From positions 64,001-128,000 of the forward strand of contig JACOQA010000002.1 of NCBI GenBank assembly GCA_014297435.1: a stretch of DNA of 64,000 nt. The letters are read 5' to 3'. Of the stretch, positions 39,567-48,799 are shown in pieces. This stretch comes from Candidatus Nanohaloarchaea archaeon. GTDB taxonomy: Archaea > Nanohalarchaeota > Nanosalinia > Nanosalinales > Nanosalinaceae. The notes under the pieces were generated by a model. That model made no database searches. It saw nothing but the letters and a program-made list of their open reading frames with translations, and was not told where the DNA came from. The stretch's first letter is position 1. Every line of letters begins with the position of its first letter. The translations under genes and the position numbers were made by a program.

Positions 39567-40222
39567 AAAACGAAGACATCCTAGAACAGTACGAAGAGAA
39601 GAAGCAAGAGATAGATTCACGCCTAAATGAGTTTGAGTCACTCCGGAAAGCTGAGGACAGAAGGGTGTTCAAGGAATTAGTCTTCGTAATCCTCACTTCT
39701 CAAACCTCTGCAGAAAAAGCCTGGAAATCTACGGAGAAACTTGATGATCTCCAGCTTCTTGAAAGAGGCGATAAATCCGAGATTGCTGAAGTTCTATCCC
39801 GTTACGAGGTACAGTACGAGAAGAACAAAGCCTCGTATGTCGTGGAAAATCGTGAGATGCTTTCACAGCCCACGCTTCAGGATCCTACTAAGAGCCTCAA
39901 ACTGAGAAACAAGATTGATGAAGACGATTTAGATAAAACGAGGAAGTGGTTTGCAGAAAATATTAAGGGTATGAGTTGGAAAGGCGCCTCACATTTTCTC
40001 AGAAACATCGGTTACGGAGATGACTTTGCAATAATATCAGCTTACATTTCGAAAAGTCTATACTCTCTGGGTAGAAAAGAAGATGCTGAACCTCCAAAAG
40101 ACCGTGAAGAGTACATGGAGGACGAGGAACTGATGCATGATATTGCGGAGGAGACTGGTATAGATATTCAGGCGCTTGATCTTGTTCTATGGTCGATGGA
40201 AAACGGCGAGGTCTTCAAGTAG
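39563..40222 (+). CDS. ogg: 8-oxoguanine DNA glycosylase/AP lyase (OGG2 family) homologue
   Basis: FKELVFVILT, HhH motif KGASHFLRNIG, LDLVLW, C-terminal GEVFK. Confidence 0.85.
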   Translation: MKNEDILEQYEEKKQEIDSRLNEFESLRKAEDRRVFKELVFVILTSQTSAEKAWKSTEKLDDLQLLERGDKSEIAEVLSRYEVQYEKNKASYVVENREMLSQPTLQDPTKSLKLRNKIDEDDLDKTRKWFAENIKGMSWKGASHFLRNIGYGDDFAIISAYISKSLYSLGRKEDAEPPKDREEYMEDEELMHDIAEETGIDIQALDLVLWSMENGEVFK

Positions 40223-40535
40223 AGCAAAGTTTGTATCCATCATCGCCATAATAACAAACAGCTCCAGTAAACGATGCTGCTTCTGCCGCATCCTTCAAAA
40301 TATCCGGATCTGTTTCCAGACAGGAATTAATCTCTCCAAAAGTGAGTGATTTCTTATTCTCCACAAGCTCTAAAACCGAGACAAGCGCCTCCCTGTGCTC
40401 TTCAGGCACATTTTCGTAAATACCTTCATGAAAATAGGACTTATCCGGAATCTCTTCCATATCTCTCAAGTCCCTCCATACGAAGTTGTAAGCATCTGGC
40501 ACATGGGGATTTTCACCGTCAAGCGGAAGACTCAC
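40215..40535 (-). CDS. Hypothetical protein
   Basis: 106-aa acidic ORF. Confidence 0.6.
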   Translation of the reverse strand: MSLPLDGENPHVPDAYNFVWRDLRDMEEIPDKSYFHEGIYENVPEEHREALVSVLELVENKKSLTFGEINSCLETDPDILKDAAEAASFTGAVCYYGDDGYKLCST

Positions 40536-40587
40536 ATAAAAGCGTTATACGCCGACGAATAAAAAGAAAATGAATACAATACTGCGA

Positions 40588-40884
40588 TTAAACGATTCTG
40601 TAGAGCTCCTCTCCACTCTCGTAATCCACAGTTATAGCAAGATCTATATTACCTACTTCACTTCTTTCCTCAATACTTTCAATTGCATTATCGACATAGC
40701 TCTGAACTTCATCGGCTCCAAAATCCGCCGGTCTTACAAGACCGTTCTCACCGTATTCAAGCTCTATCCGTATATCTTCAGATTTTAAAGGGATCTCTCT
40801 TCTTTTCAAAAGATTTTCAATCTCAGAGACATAATCAAAGTCTCTATCAAGCGTTTCAACGTGCTCCATCTCCGCTGCTGACAT
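40588..40884 (-). CDS. Hypothetical protein
   Basis: 98-aa acidic ORF. Confidence 0.6.
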   Translation of the reverse strand: MSAAEMEHVETLDRDFDYVSEIENLLKRREIPLKSEDIRIELEYGENGLVRPADFGADEVQSYVDNAIESIEERSEVGNIDLAITVDYESGEELYRIV

Positions 40885-40911
40885 ACCAAGTTTAGCTAAG
40901 TTGAAAAAGAA

Positions 40912-42057
40912 TTAAAAGTCGGCAGGGAATACTGTCCAGCGAACCACAACGTAGACAACAAACATCAGTATGAGCAATGCTGAACCCCATAAAGTAAGCG
41001 TTCTGTCCTCCATGGCTTCAAACCTTTCAGCCAAGCCTGTCATGCCCGCTGCCTTGGCGGGTCTAGATAGCACATTACCAATCCTGTTCTTGTTCAGTAA
41101 GTATACAAGCAGGACTGCAGCAGTAATAGTTTCCATAGGGAGATCCCACAATACCAGAGGTCTAGGAACCGCATACGTCGAAATATAGGCTCCGGCTCCA
41201 ATAGCCAATAATGGGTTGAGTATATTCGAGCCGATAAGTGTTCCGAGCGAAATACCTTCAGCTCCCTGTCTAAGCCCCTGTATGGCAGTAGTCATCTCAG
41301 GTAAGGCCGATACCACTCCTCCGATTATAACTCCTATCATAGATCCGCTTAGCCCTGTTGCAGCTATACCTATCTCTACCACTCGGAGGAAGATATCTGC
41401 TGAACCAATAACAACCCCCATCAAAAGGAAGCCTATGATCAAGTCGAGGTATGGCTTCTGGCTAGGTTCTCCATCGCCCTGTCTCTCAAGTTTCTCCGTT
41501 CTTTTGGTGTATTGATAGTACATATAGCCTGCGAAAAAGCTCAGGAGTATTCCTCCATCTATACGCGAAAGTGTGCCATCCCACGCCAGTATAAGTGTTA
41601 GAAGTGTGGTTCCCATCATCGGGGCGTAATCTCTTAGCAGGAACTTTTTCGAGAATCTGAATTCCTTGTTGCCTTTCATCCATGCCGCTGTCAGTATAAC
41701 TAGACCTAAAACAAGCGTCTGCTGTATAACATCCGAACCAATATTGTTTCCAAGTACATAAGATGATATGTCGCAGTAAGTGTTGGCTGCAGAAGTACAG
41801 TTAATCGAGGTGATTCCTGATTCAAGCCAACCAAACTCTGTTACAATCCTGAGAGAGCCTACCACATGCTGTACAAGCTCAGGTAGACTGGTTCCAAGAG
41901 AAACGATTGAAACTGCAATCACTGACTCCGAAACCCCAAAAGCTTTCGCAACACCCTGCATTTTTTCAACTACTTTATCGGCGCCGAATACTAGAAATAT
42001 GATCGATAGGAATCCGATCACGGCGTTTGCTGCGAATCCGGTAAAACCTAAAACCAT
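40912..42057 (-). CDS. Na+/Ca2+ exchanger (CaCA family)
   Basis: Alpha repeats GTSLPE...GNNIGS and SALPE...GTLIGSN; about 10 hydrophobic helices. Confidence 0.9.
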   Translation of the reverse strand: MVLGFTGFAANAVIGFLSIIFLVFGADKVVEKMQGVAKAFGVSESVIAVSIVSLGTSLPELVQHVVGSLRIVTEFGWLESGITSINCTSAANTYCDISSYVLGNNIGSDVIQQTLVLGLVILTAAWMKGNKEFRFSKKFLLRDYAPMMGTTLLTLILAWDGTLSRIDGGILLSFFAGYMYYQYTKRTEKLERQGDGEPSQKPYLDLIIGFLLMGVVIGSADIFLRVVEIGIAATGLSGSMIGVIIGGVVSALPEMTTAIQGLRQGAEGISLGTLIGSNILNPLLAIGAGAYISTYAVPRPLVLWDLPMETITAAVLLVYLLNKNRIGNVLSRPAKAAGMTGLAERFEAMEDRTLTLWGSALLILMFVVYVVVRWTVFPADF

Positions 42058-42089
42058 GTAGTAGAGTGTAACCTGATGGTTTAAATCCT

Positions 42090-44534
42090 TCAGCCGAACC
42101 TGCCGAGACCGCTCTGCTTCCCATCACCCTTCAACTGATCTTCCGTATAGCCAAATACCTTCAGAACCCTCATAGCCACAGGTATGAGCTGGTTATCAAC
42201 ATAGTATCCTGAATCATAGCTATCCGCATACTTTGGTAGTTCGGCTCTAGAGGAGATGTTTCCTCCTCCACGCGTTATAACATAACTTATTGTCTCTCCC
42301 GGAGATATCTCCTCGCCGCGCTTCATGGCTTTTTTCGCAGCTTCAACATGAGGAGCTGTTGAATCGTAGTTCTCAGGCTTTTTAGTTAAATTTGTGTAGA
42401 TCCTGAGCTCTTCAACATCTATCTCGCCGCCCTGAAGCTTCTTAACCGTCTTTTTCACAATTTCAGCGGCTTCATCAACTTTGTTTTCAAGCACCATCCG
42501 CAGTACTTCTTTCTGCGTTTTCTTAGCTATAGGGCTCCAATCCCTCCTGACCTGTTCAAAACCAGTAATCTTCATCTGACCTTTTTCTGACAAGAGAGCG
42601 TACTTCTTCTTTGCTCCTTCACCCGAATCAGTAGATGTGAAAAATCCTCTTTCGAAGAAACCCTCAAACTCGAGCTGCATAAACTTCGGAAGGCTTTTAT
42701 TTACGTCATCAAGAAAACTATCCATCCTCTGTTTAATTTCCCTCCCTCTAAGGAATACAGAATCAGTATCGCCATATACAACTTCGAAGCCTTCCTCCTC
42801 CGCTAATTCAATAGTTTCCTGAATATGTTTTCTGCCTAAATACGTTGTTGCTTCCGCAGCCTCCCTGGAATACCATCTTGCTCCGTTATATCCAAGATAG
42901 CCGTAGAAGGAGTTTGCAAGTATTTTTTCTGCTTGTTGGCGGTTATCTAATTCCTGGAGCTTTCTTTCATCCTCTGTTTCCTTTATTTGTTCTTTAATTT
43001 TTGATCTGTCCTTGACAAGCCCCTCTACCAGCTCGGGGAAGAAACCTTGTTCATCCTGACAGAATTCATATTCGAACTCATCAAGCTCGAGCACATCTTC
43101 ACACTCTTCAACGTTTAAAGTGTCCGGAGAAATATTGTGCGCTACCATCACTGTAGGGTACAGCGATTTAAAGTCAAAGAGTGCTATATCCTCGTAAAGA
43201 CCTGCGTCAGGAGTGTAGACGAATCCGCCGGAGTAAGCACCTTGCCTTCTTCTTTTCGACCGGGCTTCCTGTGAAGGACGGTTCTTCGCAAGCATATCTC
43301 TTTCATGGGCTTCTCTCAGAAGATAATTCTCGGTGAGCTGCCCATAAGTCAGTCTGCATGCATCGAACGGGATCAAACCTACAATTCTTGAAAGCTCGAG
43401 TATCTGAGGTACAAGCTCCTCTGCCAGCCTGAGAGCTAATTCAGAATCTTTTAGGGCGTAATCCGCGAACTCCTCCAGATCCTTTTTTTCTTTCCAAGAC
43501 AGTTTCATCTCATCCCATGTCAGATCTTCTTTGTTCTCCCCGAGCAGTTCCTCAGCTACAGAGTCCAGATCCAAGGTTTCCGATTCAAGACCTTGGGACA
43601 TTATATGTTCGACAAACGGGTAGAGATCGAGGTGCATTCGTCCTTTTAACCTTGCGCCTTTAAAGCGACCTCTCCTGTTGAACTTCATGCGTTCACCGTC
43701 TCTTCCAAGTGAAAGCTCGACATTATGCTTGTTTGAACGTTCACGCATGACGTCAAAGTCGAATTCGTCAGTATTGTAGCCTGTTAGAACATCAATATCT
43801 TTTTGCCTTATAATTTCTACAAAACGTTCGATCAATTCTTTTTCATCTTCGACAACCTCTACAAATTCCCGGTCAATTTCCTCAGTTGTCAGAAGTTTGC
43901 TGAAGCCCTCTCCGTAGATTGAAGCCATTATTATCTCGTCTTCGTAGACTTCGAGATCGAAGGCTACTGTTTTCCAGTTGAAACCGTCGGGTTCCCCGGT
44001 TTCGGATGGAGAATCTTTCTCAATTTGTTTTTCCGGCGTTTCAACGATTTTATCGAGTTCAAGAACTTTTTCAAATTCTTCACTCTCTATCCCATCTCCT
44101 TCAACTTTTACGACTTTGCCCGGTCTGATACCTTTGTCAATAAGGTAGCGCCTGTAGAAAGGTATATCGAACTCTCGGCATTCCTTTACCTGCTCCATAT
44201 CCCACAGCTTGTTCTTCAGCTTCGGTATGTTCGCAGGAATAGTTGAGTAAACTTTCAGAACCTGCTTTTCCTCGTTAAGATCAAGCATCTTCTTTCTTTC
44301 AACATTCTCCGTTTTTAGTGGGTCTCCCTCTTCCTCAAAATCTTTCTCGACTATCTCTTCTTTTAGTTCTTCGAGATCTACATCTGCTTCCGGCACAGCA
44401 TAAAGATAAGGAAGAAAATCACGATCGTGGATCAAAACGTTTTCTCCTTCTGGCGTTTTACCGAAGCACCTTATAGTGACCTCTCGGTCCTCGACTATGT
44501 AGTCGACATCTGCTATCCGGATTTCGATTTCCAT
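42090..44534 (-). CDS. polB: Family B DNA polymerase
   Basis: Exonuclease motifs FDLE and YNTDEFD; DFKSLYPT, KILANSFYGY, YGDTDS, KKKY; C-terminal PIP-like QSGLGRF; no intein. Confidence 0.97.
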   Translation of the reverse strand: MEIEIRIADVDYIVEDREVTIRCFGKTPEGENVLIHDRDFLPYLYAVPEADVDLEELKEEIVEKDFEEEGDPLKTENVERKKMLDLNEEKQVLKVYSTIPANIPKLKNKLWDMEQVKECREFDIPFYRRYLIDKGIRPGKVVKVEGDGIESEEFEKVLELDKIVETPEKQIEKDSPSETGEPDGFNWKTVAFDLEVYEDEIIMASIYGEGFSKLLTTEEIDREFVEVVEDEKELIERFVEIIRQKDIDVLTGYNTDEFDFDVMRERSNKHNVELSLGRDGERMKFNRRGRFKGARLKGRMHLDLYPFVEHIMSQGLESETLDLDSVAEELLGENKEDLTWDEMKLSWKEKKDLEEFADYALKDSELALRLAEELVPQILELSRIVGLIPFDACRLTYGQLTENYLLREAHERDMLAKNRPSQEARSKRRRQGAYSGGFVYTPDAGLYEDIALFDFKSLYPTVMVAHNISPDTLNVEECEDVLELDEFEYEFCQDEQGFFPELVEGLVKDRSKIKEQIKETEDERKLQELDNRQQAEKILANSFYGYLGYNGARWYSREAAEATTYLGRKHIQETIELAEEEGFEVVYGDTDSVFLRGREIKQRMDSFLDDVNKSLPKFMQLEFEGFFERGFFTSTDSGEGAKKKYALLSEKGQMKITGFEQVRRDWSPIAKKTQKEVLRMVLENKVDEAAEIVKKTVKKLQGGEIDVEELRIYTNLTKKPENYDSTAPHVEAAKKAMKRGEEISPGETISYVITRGGGNISSRAELPKYADSYDSGYYVDNQLIPVAMRVLKVFGYTEDQLKGDGKQSGLGRFG

Positions 44535-44717
44535 GCCTTACTAAGGAAGACGGAAAGTTAAGAAACAGGTTGGAAAGAATTTTTCCATTTTTATTCAGGC
44601 TGAAAAGCTCTAGAATCTGTCAAGAATCTGCCCTGAAACATCAGCACAATTAGCGAGTAATGTGGAAAATTCAGGTTTCAAAGATAATAAGTCTCTCTTT
44701 ACCAAGGACTAGAATAT

Positions 44718-45545
44718 ATGAGTTCAGAACGTGTTGAGGAATTCTATGAACAAAATCCCTTTCCGTACTTCGATCCTGAAGATATCGACTCTAGGGATGA
44801 TTTGTACAGAATGATAGGAGAGTTTGAGAAAGCTCTGGACAGAGCGATACCGCAAGATAGTAAAATTCTTGTTGCGGGCTGTGGAACCGGCATTCTGGCA
44901 AACTTTCTGGCTATCAGCGGCAGGGACGTGTTTGCTATAGACCTCAGCCAAGAATCAATTGACACTGCTCGATCAGTGAAGAAAAATCTGGAGATTGAAG
45001 AAGTAGAGTTTAAACAGAAAAACATAACTGATCTTGATACTTCCCAGAGTTATGATTTAGTAATATCTCTTGGCGTATTGCATCACCTTTCAAAGCCACA
45101 AGAAGGCTTCAGAGTTATATCAGAATGTCTAAAAGACGGATACATTGTCCTAGGTCTATACAACAAATATGGAAGGATCAGAACCAAGGCAAGAAAAGTA
45201 TTATTCAGACTCACAGGAAACCGTTTCAAAAGGATGGACCCCTATCTCAGAAAACAGAGTCTGGATGCTAAGCGGTCTGAAATTTTCTTTAACGACCAGT
45301 ATAGACACCCCAATGAATTTTCTTTCTCGATAGGAGATATCATATCCTGGTTTGAAGAACAACAAATAGACTTCAGGAGATGCATACCCTCTCAGAAACG
45401 CTTTAAAGGTCAGAAACAGGATTTAAACCTGTTTAAAACAACTAGAAAACCATCTTTACTCGCAAAGATAAAATTACAGACAAGATGGTTTTTAAATGAA
45501 GCTGAAGGCAACGGATACTTCATCATGATCGGGCAAAAAGAGTAG
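44718..45545 (+). CDS. Class I SAM-dependent methyltransferase
   Basis: ILVAGCGTG, AIDLS, YDLVISLGVLHH. Confidence 0.88.
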   Translation: MSSERVEEFYEQNPFPYFDPEDIDSRDDLYRMIGEFEKALDRAIPQDSKILVAGCGTGILANFLAISGRDVFAIDLSQESIDTARSVKKNLEIEEVEFKQKNITDLDTSQSYDLVISLGVLHHLSKPQEGFRVISECLKDGYIVLGLYNKYGRIRTKARKVLFRLTGNRFKRMDPYLRKQSLDAKRSEIFFNDQYRHPNEFSFSIGDIISWFEEQQIDFRRCIPSQKRFKGQKQDLNLFKTTRKPSLLAKIKLQTRWFLNEAEGNGYFIMIGQKE

Positions 45546-45617
45546 AAATTGTTGAAGAGGTGAAAGGAAAAATCATACCCCCAGCAAATTAAATCCTCTC
45601 AATCTAATCAATTAGTC

Positions 45618-46307
45618 ATGAAACTTCTGTTAGTTACTGATATACACGGCGAAGTCAACAAGCTTGAGAGAATAGTTGAAAAAGAACAGTTCGACGCTAT
45701 TCTATGCGGCGGGGACCTTGCTGAAGCCCCTATGGGCGAAGAAGGAGAAAAAGTTAGAGACTCTAACTTAGAGAAATACTCTTCGAAGCTAAATCAGGTA
45801 CTAGATGTATTCGAGAAGAAAGGAGTGATGGCGAAATCAGTTCCAGGAAACATGGACCCCGAGGAGGAATGTGTGAGGCAACTGATCGAAAGAAGGATGA
45901 ATATCCACAAGAAGATTGCTGCTTTCGAGGAGTTCGAGGTTGTAGGTTTCGGAGGCGGTCAAACACCTTTCGACACACCTTTCGAACCTTCAGGCGAGGA
46001 GATAAAGACAGCTATCGAGACCTTGCATGGTCGCATGAAGTCGGATAGGAAAGCAGCAGTTATACACATGCCTCCTGCCCGGACAAATCTTGATCAGGTT
46101 GACGGCGACCATGTAGGAAGCGAAGAGGTCAGAGAGCTGATCGAGGAGAAGGACTTCGAACTAGTTTTAACCGGTCATATACACGAGTCTTGGGGCGAAC
46201 ACGAGCTTTCAGGGACTCACGTCGTAAACCCCGGTCCTGTTATGGAAGGTCGGTATGGTATCGCGGAGTTCGGAGAAGAACTTGAAGTCGAGCTTAAACA
46301 GCTCTAA
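45618..46307 (+). CDS. Calcineurin-like metallophosphoesterase (Icc-related)
   Basis: TDIHG, GGDL, PGNMD, HMPP, TGHIHE, NPG. Confidence 0.9.
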   Translation: MKLLLVTDIHGEVNKLERIVEKEQFDAILCGGDLAEAPMGEEGEKVRDSNLEKYSSKLNQVLDVFEKKGVMAKSVPGNMDPEEECVRQLIERRMNIHKKIAAFEEFEVVGFGGGQTPFDTPFEPSGEEIKTAIETLHGRMKSDRKAAVIHMPPARTNLDQVDGDHVGSEEVRELIEEKDFELVLTGHIHESWGEHELSGTHVVNPGPVMEGRYGIAEFGEELEVELKQL

Positions 46308-46322
46308 ACTTATTTTTCTTGC

Positions 46323-46470
46323 TTACTCCGGTTCTGGTGTCAGACCCGGATTCTCGAATACCATAAAGTACTGTGGAGAAGCCCACAGGTTTTTGATGTT
46401 TCGAGACCGGGCTGAATTTAGAAAGCCCCGTGTAGAAATCGGAGATTAGGGCTAGCAACTTCCTAAACCA
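46323..46470 (+). ncRNA. Candidate structured small RNA (long nested hairpin)
   Basis: Five nested complementary segments; G-U pairs favour the + strand; family not recognised. Confidence 0.4.
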
Positions 46471-46547
46471 CGATTATATTTATAAGGCGTCGTAGAGTAT
46501 TTTTCTAATACAAAGGTTTACGTACTAGATACGGAGGTGAAAAACAC

Positions 46548-46745
46548 ATGGCAGAACTACCACTTGCACCTGTTAAGAGAATCATCAAACAGGCAGGAGC
46601 TCACAGAGTCTCAGAAGACGCAGTAGAAGAACTAAGAGATGAACTAGAAGACTACGCAGAAGACAGAGCTCGTGATGCGAAGGAATTCGCAGGACACGCT
46701 GGCCGAAAGACGGTGCAGGCTGACGACATCAAAGCGTCGCAGTAA
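46548..46745 (+). CDS. Archaeal histone (HMf-like singlet)
   Basis: [18 protein letters not shown]...HAGRKTV..DDI; GGAGGTGA ribosome-binding site. Confidence 0.95.
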   Translation: MAELPLAPVKRIIKQAGAHRVSEDAVEELRDELEDYAEDRARDAKEFAGHAGRKTVQADDIKASQ

Positions 46746-46781
46746 ATCAACTTTTAACTCTACTTTTTCTTTCTTTATTCT

Positions 46782-47546
46782 ATGAGGCTGGAGAACAGCT
46801 TTATCCAGATACCGAGGATAGGCGAGAAAACAGAACAGAAACTTTGGAAGAAAGGAATAACCCACTGGGATCACGTAGAAGATACTTCAAACATTTCTGA
46901 TGCGAAAAAAGACCGTATAACCTCTTTCGTACAGAAAGCAAGGCAGAACCTAGAGGTAAACAACAGCTACTTTTTCGGAGAAAAGATGCCCAGTAAAGAA
47001 TCTTGGAGGATTTACAGGAACTTTCAGGAAAACGCCTGTTTCTTTGACATAGAAACCACGGGACTAGATAAGCAGAAGAACAAAGTTACCACCGTAGGAA
47101 CTCACAGAGCTGGAGAGTCAAAAGTTCTTGTTAGGGGTCAGGACCTGACTCGTGAAAGACTGAAAGAGGAGATCCAGAAATCCTCAGTTCTGGTTTCTTT
47201 CAACGGGAAGATGTTCGATGTTCCGTTTCTGGAGCAAAGTTTTGACATGAATATAGATAAGCCTCATATAGATCTGCGCTACCCCTGCAAACGCCTGGGA
47301 ATGTCAGGCGGATTGAAAAGCATAGAGAAACAGCTAGGCATAGACAGGGAGCTTGAAGATGTCGATGGTAGAGAGGCTGTAAGGCTGTGGAAGCGTTATG
47401 AGAAAGGTGATGAAGAGGCTTTGCAGAAGCTCGTGAAATATAACCGTTATGACGCAGTCAATCTCGAGCAATTGCTTGAAATGGTTCATGAGCGCCTAAC
47501 GAAGGAGTTCTTCAGGCCGTACGTAAATTCGGCAGAAGACTTATAA
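46782..47546 (+). CDS. RNase H-like / DEDD exonuclease (YprB-like) with an N-terminal HhH
   Basis: IPRIGEKT, FFDIETTG, SFNGKMFD, YNRYDA. Confidence 0.85.
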   Translation: MRLENSFIQIPRIGEKTEQKLWKKGITHWDHVEDTSNISDAKKDRITSFVQKARQNLEVNNSYFFGEKMPSKESWRIYRNFQENACFFDIETTGLDKQKNKVTTVGTHRAGESKVLVRGQDLTRERLKEEIQKSSVLVSFNGKMFDVPFLEQSFDMNIDKPHIDLRYPCKRLGMSGGLKSIEKQLGIDRELEDVDGREAVRLWKRYEKGDEEALQKLVKYNRYDAVNLEQLLEMVHERLTKEFFRPYVNSAEDL

Positions 47547-47571
47547 AACTCGTATCACAACACTTTGATAG

Positions 47572-48100
47572 AAAAACTATGAATACGGCCCTGAATACCA
47601 ACTGGACCATGCATGTGGGACCGGTTAGCTATAACTCTATCAGGGCCAAGGCCTTCTCTACTATTAAATATTTCCTGGCAGAGTAGAGCGGGATGACGCC
47701 TTGGCCTCGATGATGAGGTCAGTCACGCCGACCGCGAACACCAAAAAACTCTGAGGAAATGTCCTGTCACTTCCTACACCTGTGGACTTTCCTTGAAGGA
47801 CGTGTTCTGCCTAGCAAGGGTGGAGCACGTCCCCGGAACATTTACAGCCCATCCGACAACACATGATCAACACACAAGGTGCCTACAATCGACGCAAACG
47901 CAAAGCACTTCGAAACCGAGCTTCAGGCAACACATGAGCACAACAGCCGCGCAGAAACAGAGCTCTCGCAGGAAGCAACGGTTTTGACAGCAACAGCACT
48001 TTAAGCAGGGAGCGCTCCCTAAGCCGGAGCCCATTGTTACCTATAATCGTATTTTTGCCTCTAAACTCCGGCTTACAGGGAAAAAGTTCCCTGTAAAACC
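47572..48100 (+). other. Highly structured intergenic region (candidate ncRNA and/or chained micro-ORFs)
   Basis: TTATAAAA at 47541-47548; at least six hairpins; three ATGA-coupled short ORFs; identity unresolved. Confidence 0.45.
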
Positions 48101-48116
48101 TTCCTCTCTTCTCTTT

Positions 48117-48587
48117 TTACTCCATAGAAGCCGATTCAAACGCTGCCCAACCATTAGCCATCGAATCCAGTATCGAGGTAAAACTTCTAGCCGGCTTTAC
48201 AACCTTTCTCCGACCTTTCTTACCTTCTCTCGGACCTCTATATTCAAGATATTCGTATTTGATAACGCCCAACCTCCTCAGCTTCGGCAGTATGTTGTTT
48301 TTCAGGTTGGACTTGCCTTTCTCGTGACCCCATTCATCGAACGCGTTAAGCTTCTCAGAGTTGATTTCGCCCTCATCCTTCAACTCTCTCAAAAATATCT
48401 TAGCATACTTGTTCCGTTTTGGGCTTTGCTCTTTAGGGAAGAACAGGTCTACAATCTTTTCCCAGTTCCATGCCCTTTCACTCTTCTTGAACTTCTGCTC
48501 GTCCTCCGGAATCGCCATACTATGCTTTGTGACAATTGTGGTAGAGGTCCTAGCCTCTTCATCGACAAACGGATGTTCATCGCCCAT
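48117..48587 (-). CDS. Hypothetical protein, possibly winged-helix nucleic-acid binding
   Basis: More basic than its neighbours; NILPKLRRLGVI helix followed by a K/R-rich wing-like segment. Confidence 0.65.
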   Translation of the reverse strand: MGDEHPFVDEEARTSTTIVTKHSMAIPEDEQKFKKSERAWNWEKIVDLFFPKEQSPKRNKYAKIFLRELKDEGEINSEKLNAFDEWGHEKGKSNLKNNILPKLRRLGVIKYEYLEYRGPREGKKGRRKVVKPARSFTSILDSMANGWAAFESASME

Positions 48588-48664
48588 ACAGAAGTTCTTA
48601 ACAAAGATTGTATATCAAGTTTTCATAGAATATTTTTTCAATAACTGAGAAACAAAATGAGATT

Positions 48665-48799
48665 ATGAAATTCAATCTCTCGAACCTAGGTTTTCTCGGA
48701 GTTCTGGGAGTCCTCGGAACCGTGACAAATCAACCTAGCCTATACTCACTGTTCGCACTCTTCGCATTATACGGTCTGGATAAGGAAATAGAGTTTTAG
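48665..48799 (+). CDS. 44-aa hydrophobic micro-protein (below the ORF-track cut-off)
   Basis: MKFNLSNLGFLGVLGVLGTVTNQPSLYSLFALFALYGLDKEIEF; LGFLGxLG pattern reminiscent of DUF3796. Confidence 0.55.
   Translation: MKFNLSNLGFLGVLGVLGTVTNQPSLYSLFALFALYGLDKEIEF

Noticed and set aside
47879-48004. tmRNA-like tag frame (GCA AAC ... TATAL stop)
   Set aside because: No tRNA-like acceptor or T-arm ends were found, and tmRNA is not known in archaea
47750-48080. RNase P RNA (GAGGAAA..GTCC near the 5' end, CAGAAAC, and GGCTTA near the 3' end)
   Set aside because: The putative P4 strands do not pair, the 3' CTCCGGCTTA pairs locally with TAAGCCGGAG, and the AACAGAA element before it is absent; left as an unidentified structured region
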